Shown: positions 24,401 to 36,400 of the stretch, piece by piece | How the letters are laid out: each line of letters opens with the position of its first letter | Position numbering within the stretch: the first letter of the stretch is position 1 | NCBI RefSeq assembly: GCF_963921235.1 | Contig: NC_086097.1 | Coordinates: forward strand, 104,968,001-105,032,000 | DNA: 64,000 nt | From: Mobula hypostoma | Lineage: Eukaryota | Direction of reading: 5' to 3' | The notes under the pieces: model-generated | Seen by the model: the letters and a program-made list of their open reading frames with translations, nothing else | What the model was told of the DNA's origin: nothing | The model's database searches: none | Translations under genes and position numbers: made by a program

Positions 24401-27400
24401 GGGAGAAGGTGTGGGTTGGGTTTGGGGTGAGTGAATCGGGAGAAGGGGTGGGTTTGTGGTGAGAGTATGGGGAGATGGGGTGGGTTTGGGGTAAGAGTAT
24501 GGGGAGAAGGGGTGGGTTGGGTTTGGGGTGAGTGAATCGGGATAAGGGGTGGGGTGGGTTTGTGGTGAGAGTATGGGGAGATGGGGTGGGTTTGGGGTGA
24601 GAATATGGGGAGAAGGGGTGGGTTGGGTTTGGGGTGAGAGTATGGGGAGAAGGGGTGGGGTGGGTTTGTGGTGAGAGTATGGGGAGATGGGGTGGGTTTG
24701 GGGTGAGAGTATGGGGAGAAGAGGTGGGGTGAGTTTAGGGTGAGAGTATAGGGAGAAGGGGTGGGGTGGGTTTTTGGTGAGAGTATGGGGAGAAGGGGTG
24801 GGTGGGTTTGGAGTGAGATTATGGGGAGAAGGCGTGGGTGAGTTTGGGGTGAGATTATGGGGAGAAAGGGTGGGGTGGGGTTGGGATAGAGAGTATGGGG
24901 AGAAGGGGTGGGTTTGGGGTGGAGTTTGGGGAGAAGGGGTGGGTGGGTTTGGGGTGAGAGTATGGGGAGATGGGGTGGGTTTGGGGTGAGAGTATGGGGA
25001 GAAGAGGTGGGGTAAGTTTAGGGAGAGAGTATGGGGAGAAGGGGGGGGGTGGGTTTGGGGTGAGATTATGGGGAGAAGGCGTTGGTGAGTTTGGGCTGAG
25101 ATTATGGGGAGAAGGTGTGGGTTGGGTTTGGGGTGAGTGAATCGGGAGAAGGGGTGGGTTTGTGGTGAGAGTATAGGGAGATGGGGTGCGTTTGGGGTAA
25201 GAATATGGGGAGAAGGGGTGGGTTGGGTTTGGGGTGAGTGAATCGGGATAAGGGGTGGGGTGGGTTTGTGGTGAGAGTATGGGGAGATGGGGTGGGTTTG
25301 GGGTGAGAATATGGGGAGAAGGGGTGGGTTGGGTTTGGGGTGAGAGTATGGGGAGATCGGGTGGGTTTGGGGTGAGAGTATGGGGAGAAGAGGTGTGGTG
25401 AGTTTAATGTGAGAGTATAGGGAGAAGGGGTGGGTTTGTGGTGAGAGTATGGGGAGAAGGGGTGGGTGGGTTTGGGGTGAGAGTATGAGGAGAATGGGTG
25501 GGTGGGTTTGTGTTGAGAGTACGGGGAGAAGGGGTGGGGTGGGTTTGGGGTGAGAGTATTTGGAGAATGGGTGGGTGGGTTTGGAGTGAGAGTATGGGGA
25601 GAAGGCGTGGGTGAGTTTGGGCTGAGATTATGGGGAGAAAGGGTGGGGTGGGGTTGGGGTGAGAGTATGGGGAGAAGTGGTGGGTGGGTTTGGAGTGAGA
25701 GTATGGGGAGAAAGAAGTTGGTGGGTTTGGGGTTAGAGTATGAGGAGAAGGTGTGGGTAGGTTTGTGGTGAGAGTATGGGGAGAAGCGGTGGGTGGGTTT
25801 GGAGTGAGAGCATGGGGAGAAGGGATGGGTGGGTTTGGGGTGAGAATATGGGGAGAAGAGGTGGGGTGAGTTTAGGGTGAGAGTATAGGGAGAAGGGGTG
25901 GGGTGGGTTTGTGGTGAGAGTATGGGGAGAAGGGGTGGGTGGGTTTGTGTTGAGAGTACGGGGAGAAGGGTGGGTTTGGGGTGAGAGTATGGGGAGAAGG
26001 GGTGGGGTGGGTTTTGGGTGAGAGTATGAGGAGAAGGGGTGGGTTTGGGGTGAGAGTATGGGGAGAAGGGGTGGGAGGGGTTTGTTGTGAGAGTATGGGG
26101 AGAAGTGGTGGGTGGGTTTGGGGTGAGAGTATGTGGAGAAGGGGTAGGTTTGGCGTGAGAGTATGGGGAGAAGGGGTGGGTTTGTGGTGAGAGTATGTGG
26201 AGAAGGGGTGGGTTTGGGTTGAGAGTATGGGGAGAAGGGGTGTGTGGGTTTGGGATGAGAGTACGACCAGAAGGGGTGGGTGGGTTTGGTGTTTGAGTAT
26301 GGGGAGAAGGGGTGGGGTTGGTTTGTGGTGAGAGTTTGGGGAGATGGGGTGGGTTTGGGGTGAGAGTATGGGGAGAAGAGGTGGGGTGAGTTTAAGCTGA
26401 GAGTATGAGGAGAAGGGGTACCTGGGTGTGGGATGTGAGTATTGGGAGAAGGGGTGGGTGGGTTTGGGTTGGGAGTATGGGGAGAAGGGGTGGAGTGGGG
26501 CTGTGGTGAGAGTATGTGGAGAATGTGGGGGGGTGGTTTGGAGTGAGACTATGGGGAGAAGGCGTGGGTGAGTTTGTGGTGAGATTATAGGGAGAAAGGG
26601 TGGGGTGGGGTTGGGGTGAGAGTATGGGGAGAAGAGATGGGTGGGTTTGGGGTGAGAGTTTGGGGAGAAGGGGTGTGTTTGGTGTGAGAGTATGGAGAAA
26701 AGGGGTGGGTGTGGGGTGAGGGGAGAAGGGCTGGCATGGGTTTGGGGTGAGAGTATGAGGAGATGGGGTGGTTTTGGGGTGAGAGAATGGGGAGAAGGGG
26801 TGGGGTGGGTTTGGGGTGAGAGTATGGGGAGAAGGTGTGGGTTGGGTTTGGGATGAGTGAATCGGGAGAAGGGGTGGGTTTGTGGTGAGAGTATGGGGAG
26901 ATGGGGTGGGTTTGGGGTGAGAATATGGGGAGAAGGGATGGGTTTGGTTTGGGGTGAGTGTATCGGGAGAAGAGATGGGTGGGTTTGGGGTGAGAGTATG
27001 GAGAGAAGGGGTGGGTTTCTGGTGAGAGTATGGGTAGATGGGGTGGGTTTGTGGTGAGAGTATGGGGAGAAGGGGTGGGGTGAGAGTATAGGGAGAAGGG
27101 GTTGGGTGGGTTTGTGGTGAGAGTATGGGGAGAAGGGGTGGGTGGGTTTGGGGTGAGAGTATGAGGAGAATGGGTGGGTGGGTTTGGAGTGAGAGTATGG
27201 GGAGAAGGCGTGGGTGAGTTTGGGCTGAGAGTATGGGGAGAAGGAGTGGGTGGCTTTGGGGTGAGAGTATGAGGAGAAGGGGTGGGTTTGGGGTGAGAGT
27301 ATGGGGAGAAGGCGTGGGTGAGATTGGGCTGAGAGTATGGGGAGAAGGGGTGGGGTGGGTTTGTGTTGAGAGTACGGGGAGAAGGGGTGGGGTGGGTTTG

Positions 27401-30400
27401 GGGTGAGAGTATGTGGAGAATGGGTGGGTGGGTTTGGAGTGAGAGTATGGGGAGAAGGCGTGGGTGAGTTTGGGCTGAGATTATGGGGAGAAAGGGTGGG
27501 GTGGGGTTGGGGAGAGAGTATGGGGAGAAGGGGTGGGTTTGGGGTGAGAATATGGGGAGAAAGAAGTTGGTGGGTTTGGGGTGAGAGTATGAGGAGAAGG
27601 TGTGGGTAGGTTTGCGGTGAGAGTATGGGGAGAAGCGGTGGGTGGGTTTGGAGAGAGAGCATGGGGAGAAGGGATGGGTGGGTTTGGGGTGAGAGTATGA
27701 GGAGAATGGGTGGGTGGGTTTGGAGTGAGAGTATGGGGAGAAGGCGTGGGTGAGTTTGGGCTGAGAGTATGGGGAGAAGGAGTGGGTGGCTTTGGGGTGA
27801 GAGTATGAGGAGAAGGGGTGGGTTTGGGGTGAGAGTATGGGGAGAAGGCGTGGGTGAGATTGGGCTGAGAGTATGGGGAGAAGGGGTGGGGTGGGTTTGT
27901 GTTGAGAGTACGGGGAGAAGGGGTGGGGTGGGTTTGGGGTGAGAGTATGTGGAGAATGGGTGGGTGGGTTTGGAGTGAGAGTATGGGGAGAAGGCGTGGG
28001 TGAGTTTGGGCTGAGATTATGGGGAGAAAGGGTGGGGTGGGGTTGGGGAGAGAGTATGGGGAGAAGGGGTGGGTTTGGGGTGAGAATATGGGGAGAAAGA
28101 AGTTGGTGGGTTTGGGGTGAGAGTATGAGGAGAAGGTGTGGGTAGGTTTGCGGTGAGAGTATGGGGAGAAGCGGTGGGTGGGTTTGGAGAGAGAGCATGG
28201 GGAGAAGGGATGGGTGGGTTTGGGGTGAGAGTATGGGGAGAAGTGATGAGCGGGTTTGGAGTGAGAGTATGGGGAGAAGTGGTGGGTGGGTTTTGGGGTG
28301 AGAGTATGGGGAGAAGGAATGGGTTTGGGGTGAGAGAATGGGGAGAAGGGGTGGGTTTGTTTGGGTTGAGAATATGGGGAGAAAGAAGTTGGTGGGTTTG
28401 GTGTGAGAGTACTGGGAGAAGGGGTGCGTGGGTTTGTAGTGCGAGTATGGGGAGAAGGGATCTGTTTGGGGTGAGAGTATGGGGAGAAGGGGTGGGTAGG
28501 TTTGTGGTGTCAGTATGGGGAGAAGGGATGGGTTTGGGGTGAGAGTATGGGGAGAAGGGGTGCGGTGGGCTTGGGGTGAGAGTATGGGGAGAAGGGGTGG
28601 GGTGAGTTTAGGGTGAGAGAATGGGGAGAAGCGGTGGGTGTGTTTGGAGTGAGAGTATGGGGAGAAGGGGTGTGTTTCGGGTGAGAGTATGGGGAGAAGG
28701 GCGGTGTGTGTTTGGGGTGAGAGTTTGGGGAGAAGGGGTGGGTGGGTTTGCTGTGAGAGTATGGGGAGAAGGGTTGGGTTTTGGCTGAGAGTATGGGGAG
28801 AAGGGGTGGGGTGGTTTGGGGTGAGAGTATGGGGAGAAGGGGTGGGGTGGGTTTGGGGTGAGAGTATGGGGAGAAGGGGTGGGTTTGGGGTGAGAGTATG
28901 TGGAGAAGGGGTGGGATTGGGGTGAGAGTATGCAGAGAAGGGGTGGGGTGAGTTTAGGGTGAGAGTATGAGGAGAAGGGGTGGGGTGGGTTTAGGGTGAG
29001 AGTATGACGAGAAAGGGTGGGTGGCTTTGGGGTGAGAGTATGTGGAGAAGGGGTGGGTTTGGGTTGAGAGTATGGGGAGAAGGGGTGTGTGGGTTTGGGA
29101 TGAGAGTACGACCAGAAGGGGTGGGTGGGTTTGGTGTTTGAGTATGGGGAGAAGGGGTGGGGTTGGTTTGTGGTGAGAGTTTGGGGAGATGGGGTGGGTT
29201 TGGGGTGAGAGTATGGGGAGAAGAGGTGTGGTGAGTTTAATGTGAGAGTATGAGGAGAAGGGGTACCTGGGTGTGGGATGTGAGTATTGGGAGAAGGGGT
29301 GGGTGGGTTTGGGGTTGGGAGTATGGGGAGAAGGGGTGGAGTGGGGCTGTGGTGAGAGTATGTGGAGAATGTGGGGGGGTGGTTTGGAGTGAGACTATGG
29401 GGAGAAGGCGTGGGTGAGTTTGTGGTGAGATTATAGGGAGAAAGGGTGGGGTGGGGTTGGGGTGAGAGTATGGGGAGAAGAGATGGGTGGGTTTGGGGTG
29501 AGAGTATGGGGAGAAGGGGTGGGTTTGGGGTGAGAGTATGGGGAGAAGGGGTGGGTTTGGGGTGAGAGTATGGGGAGAAGGGGTGGGGTGGGTTTGGGGT
29601 GAGAGTATGGGGAGAAGGGGTGGGGTGGGTTTTGGGGTGAGAGTATGGGGAGAAGGGGTGGGGTGGGTTTGGGGTGAGAGTATGGGGAGAAGGTGTGGGT
29701 TGGGTTTGGGATGAGTGAATCGGGAGAAGGGGTGGGTTTGTGGTGAGAGTATGGGGAGATGGGGTGGGTTTGGGGTGAGAGTATGGGGAGAAGGGATGGG
29801 TTTGGTTTGGGGTGAGTGTATCGGGAGAAGAGATGGGTGGGTTTGGGGTGAGAGTATGGAGAGAAGGGGTGGGTTTCTGGTGAGAGTATGGGTAGATGGG
29901 GTGGGTTTGTGGTGAGAGTATGGGGAGAAGAGGTAGGGTGAGAGTATAGGGAGAAGGGGTTGGGTGGGTTTGTGGTGAGAGTATGGGGAGAAGGGGTGGG
30001 TGGGTTTGGGGTGAGAGTATGAGGAGAATGGGTGGGTGGGTTTGGAGTGAGAGTATGGGGAGAAGGCGTGGGTGAGTTTGGGCTGAGAGTATGGGGAGAA
30101 GGAGTGGGTGGGTTTGGGGTGAGAGTATGAGGAGAAGGGGTGGGTTTGGGGTGAGAGTATGGGGAGAAGGCGTGGGTGAGATTGGGCTGAGAGTATGGGG
30201 AGAAGGGGTGGGGTGGGTTTGTGTTGAGAGTACGGGGAGAAGGGGTGGGGTGGGTTTGGGGTGAGAGTATGTGGAGAATGGGTGGGTGGGTTTGGGGTGA
30301 GAGTATGGGGAGAAGGCGTGGGTGAGTTTGGGCTGAGATTATGGGGAGAAAGGGTGGGGTGGGGTTTGGGGTGAGAGTATGGGGAGAAGGGGTGGGGTGG

Positions 30401-33400
30401 GTTTGGGGTGAGAATATGGGGAGAAAGAAGTTGGTGGGTTTGGGGTGAGAGTATGAGGAGAAGGTGTGGGTAGGTTTGCGGTGAGAGTATGGGGAGAAGC
30501 GGTGGGTGGGTTTGGAGAGAGAGCATGGGGAGAAGGGATGGGTGGGTTTGGGGTGAGAGTATGGGGAGAAGTGATGAGCGGGTTTGGAGTGAGAGTATGG
30601 GGAGAAGTGGTGGGTGGGTTTTGGGGTGAGAGTATGGGGAGAAGGAATGGGTTTGGGGTGAGAGAATGGGGATAAGGGGTGGGTTTGTTTGGGTTGAGAA
30701 TATGGGGAGAAAGAAGTTGGTGGGTTTGGTGTGAGAGTACTGGGAGAAGGGGTGCGTGGGTTTGTAGTGCGAGTATGGGGAGAAGGGATCTGTTTGGGGT
30801 GAGAGTATGGGGAGAAGGGGTGGGTAGGTTTGGGGTGAGAGTATGGGGAGAAGGGATGGGTTTGGGGTGAGAGTATGGGGAGAAGGGGTGCGGTGGGCTT
30901 GGGGTGAGAGTATGGGGAGAAGGGGTGGGGTGAGTTTAGGGTGAGAGAATGGGGAGAAGCGGTGGGTGTGTTTGGAGTGAGAGTATGGGGAGAAGGGGTG
31001 TGTTTCGGGTGAGAGTATGGGGAGAAGGGCGGTGTGTGTTTGGGGTGAGAGTTTGGGGAGAAGGGGTGGGTGGGTTTGCTGTGAGAGTATGGGGAGAAGG
31101 GTTGGGTTTTGGCTGAGAGTATGGGGAGAAGGGGTGGGGTGGTTTGGGGTGAGAGTATGGGGAGAAGGGGTGGGGTGGGTTTGGGGTGAGAGTATGGGGA
31201 GAAGGGGTGGGTTTGGGGTGAGAGTATGTAGAGAAGGGGTGGGATTGGGGTGAGAGTATGCAGAGAAGGGGTGGGGTGAGTTTAGGGTGAGAGTATGAGG
31301 AGAAGGGGTGGGGTGGGTTTAGGGTGAGAGTATGACGAGAAAGGGTGGGTGGCTTTGGGGTGAGAGTATGAGGAGAAGGGGTGGGTTTGGGGTGAGAGTA
31401 TGGGGAGAAGGCGTGGGTGAGTTTGGGCTGAGATTATGGGGAGAAGGGGTGGGGTGGGTTTGTGTTGAGAGTACGGGGAGAAGGGGTGGGGTGGGTTTGG
31501 GGTGAGAGTATGTGGAGAATGGGTGGGTGGGTTTGGAGTGAGAGTATGGGGAGAAGGCGTGGGTGAGTTTGGGCTGAGATTATGGGGAGAAAGGGTGGGG
31601 TGGGGTTGGGGAGAGAGTATGGGGAGAAGGGGTGGGTTTGGGGTGAGAATATGGGGAGAAAGAAGTTGGTGGGTTTGGGGTGAGAGTATGAGGAGAAGGT
31701 GTGGGTAGGTTTGCGGTGAGAGTATGGGGAGAAGCGGTGGGTGGGTTTGGAGTGAGAGCATGGGGAGAAGGGATGGGTGGGTTTGGGGTGAGAGCATGGG
31801 GAGAAGGGATGGGTGGGTTTGGGGTGAGAGTATGGGGAGAAGTGGTGGGTGGGTTTGGGCTGAGAGTATGAGGAGAAGGGGTGGGTTTGGGGTGAGAGTA
31901 TGGGGAGAAAGGGTGAGGTGGGGTTGTGAGAGTATGGGGAGAAGTGATGAGCGGGTTTGGAGTGAGAGTATGGGGAGAAGTGGTGGGTGGGTTTGGGGTG
32001 AGAGTATGTGGAGAAGGGGTAGGTTTGGCGTGAGAGTATGGGGAGAAGGCGTGGGTGAGTTTGGGCTGAGATTATGGGGAGAAGGGGTGGGGTGGGTTTG
32101 TGTTGAGAGTACGGGGAGAAGGGGTGGGGTGGGTTTGGGGTGAGAGTATGTGGAGAATGGGTGGGTGGGTTTGGAGTGAGAGTATGGGGAGAAGGCGTGG
32201 GTGAGTTTGGGCTGAGATTATGGGGAGAAAGGGTGGGGTGCGGTTGGGGAGAGAGTATGGGGAGAAGGGGTGGGTTTGGGGTGAGAATATGGGGAGAAAG
32301 AAGTTGGTGGGTTTGGGGTGAGAGTATGAGGAGAAGGTGTGGGTAGGTTTGCGGTGAGAGTATGGGGAGAAGCGGTGGGTGGGTTTGGAGTGAGAGTATG
32401 GGGAGAAGGGATGGGTGGGTTTGGGGTGAGAGTATGGGGAGAAGTGGTGGGTGGGTTTGGGCTGAGAGTATGAGGAGAAGGGGTGGGTTTGGGGTGAGAG
32501 TATGGGGAGAAAGGGTGAGGTGGGGTTGTGAGAGTATGGGGAGAAGTGATGAGCGGGTTTGGAGTGAGAGTATGGGGAGAAGTGGTGGGTGGGTTTTGGG
32601 GTGAGAGTATGGGGAGAAGGAATGGGTTTGGGGTGAGAGAATGGGGAGAAGGGGTGGGTTTGTTTGGGTTGAGAATATGGGGAGAAAGAAGTTGGTGGGT
32701 TTGGTGTGAGAGTACTGGGAGAAGGGGTGCGTGGGTTTGTAGTGCGAGTATGGGGAGAAGGGGTGGGTAGGTTTGTGGTGTCAGTATGGGGAGAAGGGAT
32801 GGGTTTGGGGTGAGAATATGGGGAGAAGGGGTGCGGTGGGCTTGGGGTGAGAGTATGGGGAGAAGGGGTGGGGTGAGTTTAGGGTCAGAGAATGGGGAGA
32901 AGGGGTGGGTGTGTTTGGAGTGAGAGTATGGGGAGAAGGGGTGTGTTTGGGGTGAGAGTATGGGGAGAAGGGGTGGGTGGGTTTGCGTTGAGAGTATGGG
33001 GAGAAGGGTTGGGTTTTGGCTGAGAGTATGGGGAGAAGGGGTGGGGTGGTTTGGGGTGAGAGTATGGGGAGAAGGGGTGGGGTGGGTTTGGGGTGAGAGT
33101 ATGGGGAGAAGGGGTGGGGTGGTTTGGGGTGAGAGTATGGGGAGAAGGGGTTGGGTGGGTTTAGGGTGAGAGTATGACGAGAAGGGGTGGGTGGCTTTGG
33201 GGTGAGAGTATGAGGAGAAGGGGTGGGTTTGGGGTGAGAGTATGGGGAGAAGGCGTGGGTGAGTTTGGGCTGAGATTATGGGGAGAAGGGGTGGGGTGGG
33301 TTTGTGTTGAGAGTACGGGGAGAAGGGGTGGGGTGGGTTTGGGGTGAGTGTATGTGGAGAATGGGTGGGTGGGTTTGGAGTGAGAGTATGGGGAGAAGGC

Positions 33401-36400
33401 GTGGGTGGGTTTGGAGTGAGAGCATGGGGAGAAGGGATGGGTGGGTTTGGGGTGAGAGTATGGGGAGAAGTGGTGGGTGGGTTTGGGCTGAGAGTATGAG
33501 GAGAAGGGGTGGGTTTGGGGTGAGAGTATGGGGAGAAAGGGTGAGGTGGGGTTGTGAGAGTATGGGGAGAAGTGCTGAGCGGGTTTGGAGTGAGAGTATG
33601 GGGAGAAGTGGTGGGTGGGTTTGGGGTGAGAGTATGTGGAGAAGGGGTAGGTTTGGCGTGAGAGTATGGGGAGAAGGCGTGGGTGAGTTTGGGCTGAGAT
33701 TATGGGGAGAAGGGGTGGGGTGGGTTTGTGTTGAGAGTACGGGGAGAAGGGGTGGGGTGGGTTTGGGGTGAGAGTATGTGGAGAATGGGTGGGTGGGTTT
33801 GGAGTGAGAGTATGGGGAGAAGGCGTGGGTGAGTTTGGGCTGAGATTATGGGGAGAAAGGGTGGGGTGCGGTTGGGGAGAGAGTATGGGGAGAAGGGGTG
33901 GGTTTGGGGTGAGAATATGGGGAGAAAGAAGTTGGTGGGTTTGGGGTGAGAGTATGAGGAGAAGGTGTGGGTAGGTTTGCGGTGAGAGTATGGGGAGAAG
34001 CGGTGGGTGGGTTTGGAGTGAGAGTATGGGGAGAAGGGATGGGTGGGTTTAGGGTGAGTGCATGGGGAGAACGGATGGGTGGGTTTGGGGTGAGAGTATG
34101 GGGAGAAGTGATGGGTGGGTTTGGGCTGAGAGTATGAGGAGAAGGGGTGGGTTTGGGGTGAGAGTATGGGGAGAAAGGGTGAGGTGGGGTTGTGAGAGTA
34201 TGGGGAGAAGTGATGAGCGGGTTTGGAGTGAGAGTATGGGGAGAAGTGGTGGGTGGGTTTTGGGGTGAGAGTTTGGGGAGAAGGTTTGGGTTTGGGGTGA
34301 GAGAATGGAGAGAAGGGGTGGGTTTGTTTGGGTTGAGAATATGGGGAGAAAGAAGTTGGTGGGTTTGGTGTGAGAGTACTGGGAGAAGGGGTGCGTGGGT
34401 TTGTAGTGCGAGTATGGGGAGAAGGGATCGGTTTGGGGTGAGAGTATGGGGAGAAGGGGTGGGGTGGGTTTGGGGTGATAGTATGTGGAGAAGGGGTGGG
34501 TGGGTTTGGGGTGAGAGTATGAGGAGAAGGGGTGGGTAGGTTTGGGGTGAGAGTATGTGGAGAAGGGTGGGTGGGTTTGGGGTCAGAATATGGGGAGAAG
34601 GGGTGAGTTTGGAGTGAGAGTATGGGGAGAAGGGGTGGGGTGGTTTGGGGTGAGAGTATGGGGAGAAGGGGTGGGTTTGGGGTGAGAGTATGTGGAGAAG
34701 GGGTGGGTGGGTTTGGGGTGAGAGTATGGTGAGAAGGGGTGGGGTGGTTTGGGGTGAGAGTATGGGGAGAAGGGGTGGGGTGGGTTTGGGGTGAGAGTAT
34801 AGGGAGAAGGGGTGGGGTGGGTTTGGGGTGAGAGTATGGGGAGAAAGGGTGGGTAGGTTTGTGGTGAGAGTATGGGGAGAAGGGGTGGGGTGGTTTGGGG
34901 TGAGAGTATGGGGAGAAGGGGTGGGGTGGGTTTGGGGTGAGAGTATGGGGAGAAGGGGTGGGTTTGGGGTTAGAGAATGTGGAGAAGGGGTGGGATTGGG
35001 GTGAGAGTATGGGGAGAAGAGGTGGGGTGGGTTTGGGGTGAGAGTATGGGGAGGAAGGGTGGATGGGTTTGGGGTGAGAGTATGTGGAGAAGGGGTGGGT
35101 GGGTTTGGGGTGAGAGTATGTGGAGAAGGGTTGGGGTGGTTTGGGGTGAGAGTATGGGGGGAAGGGGTGGGTTTGGGGTGAGAGTATGGGGAGAAGGTGT
35201 GGGTAGGTTTGTGGTGAGAATATGGGGAGAAGGGGTGGGATGGGCTTGGGGTGAGAGTATGGGGAGAAGGGGTGGGTTTGGGGTGAGAGTATGGGGAGAA
35301 GGGGTGGGGGGTGTTTGGGGTGAGAGTATGGGGAGAAGGGGTGGGTGGGTTTGCGTTGAGAGTATGGGGAGAAGGGTTGGGGTGGGTTTGGGGTGAGAGT
35401 ATGGGGAGAAGGGGTGGGGTGGTTTGGGGTGAGAGTATGGTGAGAAGGGGTGGGGTGGGTTTTGGGTGAGAATATGGGGAGAAGGGGTGGGGTGGTTTGG
35501 GGTGAGAGTATGGGGAGAAGGGGTTGGGTGGGTTTGGGGTGAGAGTATGGGGAGAAGGGGTGGGTGGCTTTGGGGTGAGAGTATGAGGAGAAGGGGTGGG
35601 TTTGGGGTGAGAGTATGGGGAGAAGGCGTGGGTGAGTTTGGGCTGAGATTATGGGGAGAAGGGGTGGGGTGGGTTTGTGTTGAGAGTACGGGGAGAAGGG
35701 GTGGGGTGGGTTTGGGGTGAGTGTATGTGGAGAATGGGTGGGTGGGTTTGGAGTGAGAGTATGGGGAGAAGGCGTGGGTGGGTTTGGAGTGAGAGCATGG
35801 GGAGAAGGGGTGTGTTTCGGGTGAGAGTATGGGGAGAAGGGGTGGGTAGGTTTGTGGTGTCAGTATGGGGAGAAGGGATGGGTTTGGGGTGAGAGTATGG
35901 GGAGAAGGGGTGCGGTGGGCTTGGGGTGAGAGTATGGGGAGAAGGGGTGGGGTGAGTTTAGGGTGAGAGAATGGGGAGAAGCGGTGGGTGTGTTTGGAGT
36001 GAGAGTATGGGGAGAAGGGGTGTGTTTCGGGTGAGAGTATGGGGAGAAGGGCGGTGTGTGTTTGGGGTGAGAGTTTGGGGAGAAGGGGTGGGTGGGTTTG
36101 CTGTGAGAGTATGGGGAGAAGGGTTGGGTTTTGGCTGAGAGTATGGGGAGAAGGGGTGGGGTGGTTTGGGGTGAGAGTATGGTGAGAAGGGGTGGGGTGG
36201 GTTTTGGGTGAGAATATGGGAAGAATGGGTGGTTAGGTTTGGGGTGAGAGTATGGGGAGAAGGGGTGGGTTTGGGGTGAGAGTATGGGGAGAAGGGGTGG
36301 GGTGAGTTTAGGGTGAGAATATGTGGAGAAGGGGTGGGGTGGGTTTAGGGTGAGAGTATGACGAGAAAGGGTGGGTGGCTTTGGGGTGAGAGTATGAGGA